Positions 16,925 to 26,225 of a stretch of DNA of 58,391 nt are shown here, in pieces. The stretch comes from Pseudonocardiales bacterium (GTDB lineage Bacteria; Actinomycetota; Actinomycetes; Mycobacteriales; Pseudonocardiaceae). Positions within the stretch are counted from its first letter, which is position 1; each line of letters opens with the position of its first letter. The position numbers and the translations under genes are program-made. The notes under the pieces are model-generated. The model saw only the letters and a program-made list of their open reading frames with translations, made no database searches and was not told the DNA's origin. The stretch is from NCBI GenBank assembly GCA_019240665.1, contig JAFAXZ010000017.1, positions 1 through 58,391 on the forward strand. Direction: 5' to 3'.

Positions 16925-18411
16925 ATGAGCCGGGAACCGGAAGCCATCACGGCGCAGCGCCGCCAGCTCGGCGCAGCGCTGGCCACCTTCCGGCAGGCAG
17001 CTGGGCAGAGCCAAGCGCAGCTGGGCCTGCACACCCGGTACGACCGAACCTCGATCAACAAGATCGAGCGCGGCCAGCAGTTGCCGGACCGGCCGTTCTG
17101 GCAGGCAGTCGATCGACTGCTGCACGCCGAGGGGGCGCTGCTGAAGCGCTATGACGAGCTGGTCGCCAGCAAGCGGGAGCACGCCCAGCGGCAGCGGCAG
17201 TCCAGCCGGGCGCGCCATCAGGTCGACGCCGCGCGCTTGCGCGGTGAGCGAGCACCGACACCCGCACTGCTGAACTCGGACCCGGCGAACGAGCCGGCCA
17301 ACGATCCCGAGCATGAGGTGGCGCTCTCCGCGCCGTGGAGCCACCAAGGTACCGTCGAGGCGTCAGTCGTGCTGAGAGGCGGTGAGAGTCGAGTGCAGCG
17401 CCGACGCTTCGTGTTTCTGACCGGCACAGCCTTGACTGCCCCGGCGCATCAATGGTTGGTGCACGAGCCGGGACCGCTGGTGTCCGGCCTGTCCGGGCGT
17501 CGGGTCTCGGCCAAGCTGATCGACCGGCTTATGCCGATGGTCTCCGAACTCCGCAGATGGACGACATCGCCGGTGGTGGCAGCGTGCTCTCCCTGGCTGC
17601 GCACGAATTCCAGTGGGTCGCCGGGTTGCTCGACCAAGCCAGGTATGACGAGCGGACCGGCCGCGCGCTGCACATCGCACTCGCCGAGCTGGGACAGGTT
17701 TGTGGCTGGGCCGCCTACGACGCCGGATACCACGCGCTGGCCCAGCGCTACTACGTCACTGCCTTGCGCGCAACGCACAGCGCCGACGAGCGGCCGCTCG
17801 GCGCGCACGTGCTCGGTCTCATGGCCGAGCAGGCCGCCCACCAGGGCCAGCCCGCTGAGGCCGTGACGCTTATCGAGACCGCCCTGGCCGGTACCCGGGG
17901 TCGGCAGACCCCGAGCCTGCTGGCCGAGCTGTACAACGTGCAGGCCTATGCCTTCGCGACACTGGCTGACGCGTCGAGCTGCGCCGCCGCGCTCTCCCAG
18001 GCACGCACGCAGATCGAGCGACTGAGGCCAGCTGACGAGCCGTCCTGGCTGTACTGGGTGAATCCAGCGACCATGACGAGCGACGGCGGCAGCGCCCTGC
18101 GGCAGTTGGGGCACACCGAGCAAGCGGCGACGGTGCTCGAGAATGGCATCGCCCTGTTCGACGACTCACTCCCCCGTGGCCGCGCCGGCTATCTCACCGC
18201 CCTCGCCGATGTCCTGGCTCGGCCGGACAAGCAGCGCGACCTGGATGCCGCCGCTGACCGGGGCATGGAGGCGATCCAGCTGGTCGAGAACCTGGACTCC
18301 GCCCGCGTTGCCGGTCTGATCCGCAACCTCTACCACCAGATGACGCCACACGCGCGGCTGCCCGCCGTAGGAGACTTCGTGGAGCGAGCGCGAGGTTTCC
18401 TGGCGACATAG
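16925..18411 (+). pseudogene. XRE-HTH plus TPR-like regulator (paralogue of 14589-15812), frameshifted near 17556
   Basis: ORF 16925.. carries the HTH (LGLHTRYDRTSINKIERGQQ). ORF ..18411 carries the TPR-like part. The join SELRR / MDDIAGGG is restored by a 1-nt indel around 17555-17558. Confidence 0.65.
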
Positions 18412-18775
18412 GGTGATAGACCATCCTTCTTGATCACCCCAGAACGCTTCCAATCCGGAGTCAGCCAGCGCGGCCACAGCCTCACGCACCGAAACTGTCG
18501 CCCCACGCTGCAAGCATCCTCATCGTGGACCGAGATAGGGAGGAACTGCGTGGGGGCATGCGCGCGGAGCCAGCGTCACCCAAGGCGGCTCTCGTGTTAC
18601 AGGGAGGCCCGGACACCGGCGTGCACCTGTTACCCCACGGCACCCCGACCGCATTTCACCGCGGTGATCGCTTCAGACGAAGAAGTCGAACTTCGGCGGT
18701 TGCCTGCCTGTCTCGGTCCGCCCCGGGAGAATCATTACGGCATGCTCCCGCCGAGAGGACGGAGAGGAGGAGATC

Positions 18776-19033
18776 GTGATCGTCGTTGACATCGCCGCCG
18801 ACCTTATGACGAAGACGACACCGGTCTCGTCTGGACGTTCCTTGATGAGGCGCGCAACCCCGCGATCGTCGTACCCGGCGCGATCGTGGTCGCGGGCGAC
18901 GCGGACGCGCCAGCAGTCGCCGAGGTGGTAGACCTCGGCAACAAGCCGGCGGGCACGATCGTGCACCTGCGTCTTCTCCCCCGGAACCTTCGACTACGAA
19001 GCACTGATACAGCGCAGTACATTGCCCGCCTGA
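18776..19033 (+). pseudogene. Small conserved-looking hypothetical ORF with at least two frameshifts
   Basis: GGAGGAG RBS plus GTG at 18776. The pieces VIVVDIAADL / YDEDDTGLVWTFLDEARNPAIVVPGAIVVAGDADAPAVAEVVDLGNKPAGTIVHLRLLP / GTFDYEALIQRSTLPA lie in three different frames. Confidence 0.3.
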
Positions 19034-19112
19034 AAGTGGCACCACATTGCGCAGGTAGCCGCCGACCTCCGCAACCACCCGCTCGCGGACCGTCCCCGAT
19101 CGGGCGCCGCTG

Positions 19113-19331
19113 ATCTAGCACGGCGACCGTCCGCTCTCCGGTATCCAACGCCGCGGTATGCGCGGCGGTGTCGATGCCTGCCGCCAGGCCGGAGACGACC
19201 GTGATCCCGGCTGACACCAGTGCTGTCGACGCCTCGGATGCCCAGTCCAAGCTGCGCTTGGAGGCCCGCCGGGACCCGACCACTGACATTGCCGACTCGC
19301 CGGTCGGACTCGACAGCCTGGTCCAGGTCAT
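19113..19331 (-). pseudogene. dprA: DprA/Smf fragment (Rossmann-core remnant only)
   Basis: VVGSRRAS....ITVVSGLAAGIDTAAHTAALDTGERTVAVL matches the DprA core signature. Both flanks of the protein are missing. Confidence 0.5.
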
Positions 19332-19385
19332 CGCACCATAGTGATCAAACAGGTTAAATCTCGGCGGACGTCTACGGTCAGGCCC

Positions 19386-20141
19386 ATGACCGCCGAGCTG
19401 GTGCACCTGAGCGTGCAGTCCGGAATCGCCACCATCACGCTGGACTCCCCCGCCAACCGCAATGCGCTGTCCACGCCGCTGCGCGCTCAACTGGTGGATG
19501 CCTTGGAGCGCACCGCCGACGACGACTCGGTGCGGGTGGTGGTGCTCGACCACACCGGACCGGCGTTCTGCGCCGGAATGGACCTCACCGAGCCTCCGGA
19601 GGCGGTCAAGGAGTTACCCCGCATCTTGAACCGGATCTGGACGCATCCGAAACCGGTTGTCGCCAAGCTGGCCGGGCACGCCCGCGCCGGCGGGATCGGC
19701 CTGCTGGCGGCCGCCGATATCGCCGTCGCGGCAGCGCACACCACGTTCGCGTTCACCGAGGTGCGCCTCGGTGTGGTGCCCGCGGTGATCTCAGTGACCG
19801 TGCTGGCCCAGTTGCTGCCCCGCGCGGCGCACGAGCTGTTCCTCACCGGGGAGATCTTCGACGCCACCAGGGCGACCGCCATCGGCCTGCTGAACCGCGC
19901 GGTCCCGGCCGATCAGCTTGACGCCGAGGTGAACCGCTACACCGGAATGCTCGTCAAGGGTGGACCGCAGGCACTGGCGCTGACCAAGCGGTTGCTGCGC
20001 CGCAGTTCAGAGCCCACCATGGCGCAAGACTTCGCGGCGATGCTCGAGCTGTCCGCTGCGCGCTTCGCGTCAGCAGAGGGCCAGGAAGGGATCCGTGCCT
20101 TCGCCGAGAAGCGCCCAGCGTCCTGGGTTCCCACCAGCTGA
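19386..20141 (+). CDS. Enoyl-CoA hydratase/isomerase family protein
   Basis: Crotonase motifs (ITLDSPANRNAL, FCAGMDL, GHARAGGIGL, FTEVRLGV). Confidence 0.88.
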   Translation: MTAELVHLSVQSGIATITLDSPANRNALSTPLRAQLVDALERTADDDSVRVVVLDHTGPAFCAGMDLTEPPEAVKELPRILNRIWTHPKPVVAKLAGHARAGGIGLLAAADIAVAAAHTTFAFTEVRLGVVPAVISVTVLAQLLPRAAHELFLTGEIFDATRATAIGLLNRAVPADQLDAEVNRYTGMLVKGGPQALALTKRLLRRSSEPTMAQDFAAMLELSAARFASAEGQEGIRAFAEKRPASWVPTS

Positions 20142-20486
20142 TCACGCGTCCGCGAGCAGCACCGACAGGGGGCGTCCCGAGCTGGCTGCGGCCGCGTCGT
20201 CGAGCACCGCGAGCACGGCGCGGTACCCCTCAGGGTCGGCGGCCTCGAGCTGGTGGTGGCCTGCCCAGACCAGCACGTGCTCACCAACTGGTTGCCAAGA
20301 CAGGTCGACCAGGCAGTCGTGCAGCGCGTCGAGGTTGCGGCCGTACCAGAACGGGAAATCCAGGGCGACGCCGATCGCTTCCAGCGCCTCGGCCTTGCTG
20401 CTCATCGGGCCCACCAGGTGCGCCAGCGCGCCCCGGTCACGAGCTTCGGCGAGTGCACGGGCGGCATCAGGGACATAACGCAGCAC
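20142..20486 (-). CDS. Barstar-family ribonuclease inhibitor
   Basis: FPFWYGRNLDALHDCLVDLSW signature. The GTG start lies 5 nt after the RNase stop. Confidence 0.8.
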   Translation of the reverse strand: MLRYVPDAARALAEARDRGALAHLVGPMSSKAEALEAIGVALDFPFWYGRNLDALHDCLVDLSWQPVGEHVLVWAGHHQLEAADPEGYRAVLAVLDDAAAASSGRPLSVLLADA

Positions 20487-20490
20487 GGCC

Positions 20491-20907
20491 TTACCGTTTC
20501 GGATCGACCGTGACGAAGGACACATAGTGATTCCCGGTGTAGTACAGCTCGGCGGCACCGCCGGTGATCAGGCGGCGGGGGCCCCGGTCATGTTCCCCCG
20601 GTGTCGGAACGGTGTACTCCCGGTAAAAGCCGGACTGCTGTGGCGGCAAGCGCCCCTCCCGGTTGCCGAACACCGCCCCGTCCTGCCGGTAAGGGAACGG
20701 GCCGCCGTGCTGGATCAGCTGCCACACCTGCGTGGCCTGCGGCGGTAGCTGCGACAAGGCCCGGACCGGCAGGCCAGTCGTCGAGGCAACCACCGAGGGC
20801 CGGTCACCCACGAGTGGAGCGGACAGCGCGTGGCGCCCCCAGGCGCCGCCGGCCACCAGCACAACCAGGCCGATCAGCGCGGCGCTGACCCGTCGGCGGG
20901 AACTCAC
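20491..20907 (-). CDS. Secreted guanyl-specific ribonuclease (RNase Sa / N1-T1 microbial RNase family)
   Basis: N-terminal signal/TM segment (AALIGLVVLVAGGAW). Catalytic-core-like GPFPYRQDGAVFGNREGRLP..YREYTV..RGPRRLI..YYTGNHY. Confidence 0.82.
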   Translation of the reverse strand: MSSRRRVSAALIGLVVLVAGGAWGRHALSAPLVGDRPSVVASTTGLPVRALSQLPPQATQVWQLIQHGGPFPYRQDGAVFGNREGRLPPQQSGFYREYTVPTPGEHDRGPRRLITGGAAELYYTGNHYVSFVTVDPKR

Positions 20908-21185
20908 CGGGGCTCCCGCGCATCTTCTGCGTCCCCGGCGTAGCGGTGGCCGATCCGTTCGAAGATCAGGCCAACGGCCCGGTCCAGCGTCCGGGCAGCC
21001 CACCAGCAGACCGGCAGCAACACCAGCATGAACAGGGCCACTTGCAGCGCGAGCCCGAGCTGGGTGAGCCACAGCTCCACCCCGTTCCACCAGCGGCTCA
21101 CCGCGTCCCACCCCACCCACAGCACAACCGCAGGGTAGCTCGCGCGGAGATGCCCGCCAGTGGCCGGCACTAGGTTGGGCGGCAT
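20904..21185 (-). CDS. Small membrane protein upstream of the RNase gene
   Basis: Two hydrophobic helices, and the stop overlaps the RNase GTG (GTGA). The start is uncertain because ATG 21185 collides with the divergent gene start. Confidence 0.45.
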   Translation of the reverse strand: MPPNLVPATGGHLRASYPAVVLWVGWDAVSRWWNGVELWLTQLGLALQVALFMLVLLPVCWWAARTLDRAVGLIFERIGHRYAGDAEDAREPR

Positions 21186-22149
21186 GTTCGCCGTCTACGC
21201 CTCCGAGCCGAACCCCCGGCACCCGCTGGCCTCGCTGCGCATCGGCGACCGACCTGACCCAGAAGTGCCCGACGGCACCGTGGCGGTCACCGTCGTCGCA
21301 GCCAGCCTGAACATGCACGACCTGTGGACGCTGCGCGGGGTGGGCATCACACCCGAGCGGTTCCCGATGATCCTGGGATGTGACGGAGCCGGCGTGCTAC
21401 CCGACGGCTCCGAGGTGGTGATCTACCCGGTGGTGACCAGCCCGGGCTGGGTTGGCGAGGAGACCCTGGACCCACACGGCACGCTGCTCACTGAGAAGCT
21501 GCCGGGCACCTTCGCCGACACCGTCGTGGTGCCAGCCCGCAATGTGGTGCCCAAGCCGCCGTCACTAACCTTCCTGGAGGCGGCCTGCATGGGCACCGCC
21601 TGGCTTACCGCCTACCGGATGCTGTTCGTCAAATCCGGGCTGCGGGCCGGCCAGACCATGCTCGTGCAGGGCGCCTCGGGCGGGGTATCCACCGCATTGG
21701 TGCAGCTGGGAAGGGCTGCTGGGATGCGAGTCTGGGTGACCGGGCGCACCGAGGGCAAGCGCGAACTGGCCCGCTCGCTGGGTGCGCACCAGGCGTTCGA
21801 GCCTGGCGCCCGACTACCCGAACGGGTGGATGCGGTGTTCGAGACCGTCGGCAAAGCCACCTGGTCACATTCGGCGAAGTCACTCAAGCCGGGCGGCATC
21901 ATTGTCTGCAGCGGCGCCACCAGCGGCGATGCCGAGCGCGCTGAACTGCAGCGGCTGTTCTTTCGGCAGCTGCGGATGGTCGGCTCCACCATGGGTACCC
22001 GCGACGAACTGCGCGACCTGTTGTCCTTTCTGGACATCACCGGGCTACGCCCGCAGATCGGCGCCGAACTGCCAATGTCCGAGGCTGAGCGGGGCTTCAA
22101 GGCAATGCTCGACGGCGACACCGCCGGCAAGATCGTCTTTACCCGCTGA
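21184..22149 (+). CDS. Zinc-binding alcohol dehydrogenase / quinone oxidoreductase (MDR family)
   Basis: MDR layout with the nucleotide-binding stretch LVQGASGGVSTALVQL. Confidence 0.85.
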   Translation: MFAVYASEPNPRHPLASLRIGDRPDPEVPDGTVAVTVVAASLNMHDLWTLRGVGITPERFPMILGCDGAGVLPDGSEVVIYPVVTSPGWVGEETLDPHGTLLTEKLPGTFADTVVVPARNVVPKPPSLTFLEAACMGTAWLTAYRMLFVKSGLRAGQTMLVQGASGGVSTALVQLGRAAGMRVWVTGRTEGKRELARSLGAHQAFEPGARLPERVDAVFETVGKATWSHSAKSLKPGGIIVCSGATSGDAERAELQRLFFRQLRMVGSTMGTRDELRDLLSFLDITGLRPQIGAELPMSEAERGFKAMLDGDTAGKIVFTR

Positions 22150-22203
22150 GCGCGCATCTCACGCGGGCGCCGAGAGCACGCGGAACCGACAATTCCGCGT
22201 CCG

Positions 22204-24045
22204 CTACTTCTTGCCGGGCTTCGCCACGTCGCCGGTGGACAGCGCGGCGACGAAAGCCTCCTGGGGGACCTCGACCCGCCCGATGGTCTTCATCCGCTTC
22301 TTGCCCTCCTTCTGCTTCTCCAGCAGTTTGCGCTTGCGAGTGATGTCCCCGCCGTAGCACTTGGCCAGCACGTCCGTGCGGATGCCGCGGATGGTCTCCC
22401 GGGCGATGATTCGGGAGCCGATCGCGGCCTGGATCGGCACCTCGAACTGCTGGCGCGGGATGAGGGTACGCAGCCTGGTCACCATTGAGGTGCCGTAACC
22501 GTAGGCGGCCTCGCGGTGCACGATCGCGGAGAACGCGTCCACCGGCTCGCCCTGCAGCAGGATATCCACCTTGACGAGGTCGGCGATCTGCTCGCCGGTC
22601 TCCTCGTAATCCATGGAGGCGTAGCCGCGAGTGCGGGACTTCAGCGTGTCGAAGAAGTCGAACACGATCTCGGCCATCGGCAGGGTGTAGCGCAACTCCA
22701 CCCTCGACTCCGACAGGTAGTCCATCCCCAGCAGGGTGCCGCGGCGGCCCTGGCAGAGCTCCATGATCGTGCCGACGAACTCCGATGGGGCGATGACGGT
22801 GCAGCGAACCACCGGTTCGTACACCTCAGCGACCTTGCCGTCGGGCCAGTCCGCGGGGTTGGTGACGATCTGCTCGGTACTGTCGTCGCGGACTACCCGG
22901 TAAACCACATTGGGTGCGGTGGAGATGAGGTCAAGGTCGAACTCGCGCTCCAACCGGTCCCGAGTGATCTCCAGGTGCAGCAGGCCAAGGAATCCGCAGC
23001 GGAAACCGAACCCCAGCGCGGCGGAGGTCTCCGGCTGATAGCTCAGCGCGGCATCATTGAGCCGCAGCTTGTCCAGCGCATCGCGCAGCTCCGGGTAGTC
23101 CGAGCCGTCCACCGGATACAGCCCGGCGAACACCATCGGCGTGGGAGTGCGGTAGCCGGACAGCGCCACGGTGGCGCCGCCTCGCTCGCTGGTGATGGTG
23201 TCCCCGACCCGGGACTGCCGGACGTCCTTCACTCCGGTCATGAGGTAGCCGACTTCACCGACGCCCAAGCCGTCACACGGCTTCTGATCGGGCGAGATGA
23301 TGCCGACCTCGAGCAGCTCATGAGTGGCGTGGGTGGACATCATCCGGATCCGGTCCCGCGGAACGATCCGCCCATCTACCACCCGGATGTAGGTGACCAC
23401 ACCCCGGTAGGAGTCGTAGACCGAGTCGAAGATCATCGCCCGGGTCGGCGCCGTGCTGTCCCCGACTGGGGCCGGGACCTGCTCGACCACCACGTCGAGC
23501 AACTCCCGCACACCCTGGCCGGTCTTCGCGCTGACCCGCAGCACGTCGTCGGGCTGACAGCCGAGGATGTGCGCCAGCTCGGCGGCGTAGCGGTCCGGCT
23601 CGGCCGCCGGCAGGTCGATCTTGTTGAGCACCGGGATGATCCGCAGATCCTTCTCCAGTGCCAGATACAGGTTCGCCAGCGTCTGCGCCTCGATGCCTTG
23701 TGCCGCGTCCACCAGCAGCACGGCGCCCTCGCAGGCTTCCAGCGCGCGGGATACCTCGTAGGTGAAATCCACGTGACCGGGGGTGTCAATCAGGTGCAGC
23801 ACGTGGTCGACGCCGTGGACCTGCCAGGGCAGCCGGACGTTCTGCGCCTTGATGGTGATGCCCCGCTCGCGCTCGATGTCCATCCGGTCGAGGTACTGCG
23901 CACGGTAGTTGCGCGCATCTAACACCCCGGTGAGCTGCAGCATGCGGTCCGCCAGGGTGGACTTGCCGTGATCGATGTGCGCGATGACACAGAAGTTGCG
24001 GATCAGCTCGGGAGGGGTGAATGTCTTGTCTGCGAACGTGGTCAC
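22204..24045 (-). CDS. lepA: Translation elongation factor 4
   Basis: [33 protein letters not shown] and the LepA C-terminal domain. Confidence 0.97.
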   Translation of the reverse strand: MTTFADKTFTPPELIRNFCVIAHIDHGKSTLADRMLQLTGVLDARNYRAQYLDRMDIERERGITIKAQNVRLPWQVHGVDHVLHLIDTPGHVDFTYEVSRALEACEGAVLLVDAAQGIEAQTLANLYLALEKDLRIIPVLNKIDLPAAEPDRYAAELAHILGCQPDDVLRVSAKTGQGVRELLDVVVEQVPAPVGDSTAPTRAMIFDSVYDSYRGVVTYIRVVDGRIVPRDRIRMMSTHATHELLEVGIISPDQKPCDGLGVGEVGYLMTGVKDVRQSRVGDTITSERGGATVALSGYRTPTPMVFAGLYPVDGSDYPELRDALDKLRLNDAALSYQPETSAALGFGFRCGFLGLLHLEITRDRLEREFDLDLISTAPNVVYRVVRDDSTEQIVTNPADWPDGKVAEVYEPVVRCTVIAPSEFVGTIMELCQGRRGTLLGMDYLSESRVELRYTLPMAEIVFDFFDTLKSRTRGYASMDYEETGEQIADLVKVDILLQGEPVDAFSAIVHREAAYGYGTSMVTRLRTLIPRQQFEVPIQAAIGSRIIARETIRGIRTDVLAKCYGGDITRKRKLLEKQKEGKKRMKTIGRVEVPQEAFVAALSTGDVAKPGKK

Positions 24046-24164
24046 TCAGCAGTCCTCAATGGCAGCGGGGGATCACGCCATGGTCGCACGCAGCATCGAG
24101 GACGCCCGCGCCGCCGGGACCATGCCCGTGTCTCGTGTTGGCCGATGGACGGTAAGTTCCTGCC

Positions 24165-24569
24165 CTACCGGGTTTTCTGAGACCTGCTTGCCTTGGCCCG
24201 TTGGTCGGTCCGCAGCGGGTGGTCAGCGGGCACCTCGACGAGTACCAACCGCAGGCCGTCCGGATCGGCGATCCACATTTCGTCGAGTCCCCACGGTTCC
24301 CGACGAGGCCCCCGGAGTACCTCGACCTCCCGCTGGATGAGCTCGGCCGCCGTCGCAGTCAGGTCGCGGACCTGTAACCACACCGCGGTCGCCGCGCTTG
24401 GGCCCGCAGCAGACTCCCCCGATACCTCGAGGAAGCCGCCGCCGAGGACGAACACCGTGCCGCCGGGGAACTCGCGGTGGACCGCGAGCCCCAGCACGTC
24501 ACGGTAGAACGCCGTCGAACGCTCGCGATCCCGCGGGTGAAGCAGGACGCGGCTGCTAAGTACCTCCAT
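24165..24569 (-). CDS. VOC (glyoxalase/bleomycin-resistance) family protein
   Basis: Fold-typical FYRDVLGL...EFPGG pattern and a length of 134 aa. Confidence 0.7.
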   Translation of the reverse strand: MEVLSSRVLLHPRDRERSTAFYRDVLGLAVHREFPGGTVFVLGGGFLEVSGESAAGPSAATAVWLQVRDLTATAAELIQREVEVLRGPRREPWGLDEMWIADPDGLRLVLVEVPADHPLRTDQRAKASRSQKTR

Positions 24570-24690
24570 CCCCCTGTCCTACCGGCTTTCATCTGGGGTT
24601 TAATCCTGGGGCGGTCATACCGGCTGTTACGATCGTCCACCGTGCCGCGTGACGGCACCCCCTGCGGAAGGCGAGATCGAGGGTAAACGC

Positions 24691-24951
24691 GTGGCCAACA
24701 TCAAGTCGCAGCTGAAGCGGATCCGGACCAACGAGAAGGCGCGACTACGCAACAAGTCCATTAAGTCGTCGCTGAAGACTGCGATCCGCCGGTTCCGCGA
24801 AGCTGCGGCTGCCGGCGAGAGGGACCGGGCCTTGGGCGAGCTGCAGACTGCCAGCCGCCAGCTGGACAAGGCCGTGAGCAAGGGCGTCATCCACCGCAAC
24901 CAGGCGGCGAACCGTAAATCGGCGATGGCTCAGCGGGCCAATCAACTGTAG
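24691..24951 (+). CDS. rpsT: 30S ribosomal protein S20
   Basis: [23 protein letters not shown]... from the GTG at 24691. Confidence 0.93.
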   Translation: MANIKSQLKRIRTNEKARLRNKSIKSSLKTAIRRFREAAAAGERDRALGELQTASRQLDKAVSKGVIHRNQAANRKSAMAQRANQL

Positions 24952-24989
24952 CGCCGCTGCGCGGCGGCAGCGGCCAGCTGAAACGCCGT

Positions 24990-25967
24990 TCAGCGTCGGC
25001 GGGCGGCGCACAGCGCGAGTACCGCACGTTCCAGTGCGTAATCAGCGTCTGCGGCCACTCCCTTGACATCGGCGTTAACCTCGGCGACCAGAAGGATCGC
25101 CTGGGCCAGCCCGTCGCGCTCCCAGCCACGGGCCTGTGCCATCGCCTTCTTGACCTTCCACGGTGGCATGCCCAGCGTGCTGGCAAGCCGGTACGGGTCA
25201 GCGCGACCCGAGGCGCTCACCCGGGCAACCGTACGCACGGCGTCGGCCAGCGCGTCGGCGACCAGGACGTGCGGCACGCCCAGTTGCATTGCCCGGCGCA
25301 GCATCTCCAGAGCACCGGCGCGGTCCCCGGTCATCACCTTCTCCGCGACCGAGAACCCGGTGACTTCAGCACGGCCCCGGTGATAGCGGCGCACCGCGGC
25401 CTCGTCGACCGAGCCGCCGCTGTCGGTGGTCAGCTGGGCCGCGGCCGAGGCAAGTTCACGCAAGTCGGAGCCGACCGCATCCAGCAGGGCGGTGACCGCA
25501 CCTGCGCTGATCCGCCCACCGGCGCGGTGGACTTCGTCGCGTACGAAGCTGGCCCGGTCCTCGAAGCGGGTGACCCGGGCGCATTCGCTGACCGCAGCAC
25601 CGGCTGCGCGCAGCGCATCGACCAGCGCCTTACCGCGACCGCCTCCCGCGTGCATCACGACGAGGACAACGCCCTCCGCGCCCTCCGACAGATGGCGCGC
25701 ATGGTTGAGGACCGCATCGGCGATATCCTTACCCGCTTCGTGGGCGGCACCCAGTACCACGACCCGCCCTTGGGCGAACAGCGACGGGCTGACCAGTTCG
25801 TCAAGCTCACGGGGAACCAGGTCGGTGGTGCGCATTCGGCACACTTCGGTCTGCGGGTCGGCCCGCCGCGCCGCATCTACTACAGCCTGTACCGCCCGCT
25901 CGACCAGCAGTTCCTCCTCGCCGAGGACCAGGTGCAGCGGTGGGGGCGTGACCGTCAGGGAGTTCAC
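24990..25967 (-). CDS. holA: DNA polymerase III delta subunit
   Basis: Conserved position next to rpsT and comEC, and a HolA-like helical C-terminus. GTG at 25967 is preceded by AAGGATGGGGG. Confidence 0.8.
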   Translation of the reverse strand: MNSLTVTPPPLHLVLGEEELLVERAVQAVVDAARRADPQTEVCRMRTTDLVPRELDELVSPSLFAQGRVVVLGAAHEAGKDIADAVLNHARHLSEGAEGVVLVVMHAGGGRGKALVDALRAAGAAVSECARVTRFEDRASFVRDEVHRAGGRISAGAVTALLDAVGSDLRELASAAAQLTTDSGGSVDEAAVRRYHRGRAEVTGFSVAEKVMTGDRAGALEMLRRAMQLGVPHVLVADALADAVRTVARVSASGRADPYRLASTLGMPPWKVKKAMAQARGWERDGLAQAILLVAEVNADVKGVAADADYALERAVLALCAARRR

Positions 25968-26076
25968 GCCCCCATCCTTGCATCGGGCGGCGACCCGATC
26001 GCTTGCTCCCGCATCGTGGACTCGGCTGGGCGGTCGGTACCGACTAACGTACGGTGAAGACCACAACCGAATACAG

Positions 26077-26211
26077 CTCATCCAGAGGGGCAGAGGGATC
26101 GGCCCGACGAAGCCCCGGCAACCGACGCTAGCTGACGCGCATGTCTTTGCATACCGCGAGGCCGCTAGCGATCACGGTGCCAATTCCGACCCGCCGTGCG
26201 GGAGAGATGAG
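26077..26211 (+). promoter_or_regulatory. SAM-I (S-box) riboswitch
   Basis: P1 ctcatc...gatgag. Conserved cores agaggggcagagggatcggcccgacgaagccccggcaaccg and ggtgccaattcc. It sits immediately upstream of the ATG at 26226. Confidence 0.85.
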
Positions 26212-26225
26212 GAGAGGACCTCGCG

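Larger units (their letters stand above)
9255..19340. other. Accessory island between cysN and an enoyl-CoA hydratase gene
   Basis: It contains the RAMP/Cas10-like module, two WhiJ-like XRE regulators (one frameshifted), IS-like remnants, a small frameshifted ORF and a dprA fragment. Several genes are disrupted, unlike the intact flanking core genes. Confidence 0.55.

Noticed and set aside
22516-23922. 468-aa ORF antisense to lepA
   Set aside because: lepA is unambiguous. The antisense ORF has no recognisable domain and a biased composition.
24952-24990. Short GC hairpins (cgccgc-tgc-gcggcg; gctgaa-acgccg-ttcagc) between the convergent rpsT and holA as an intrinsic terminator
   Set aside because: The stems are short and lack a U-tract. 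They are plausible but too weak to call from sequence alone.
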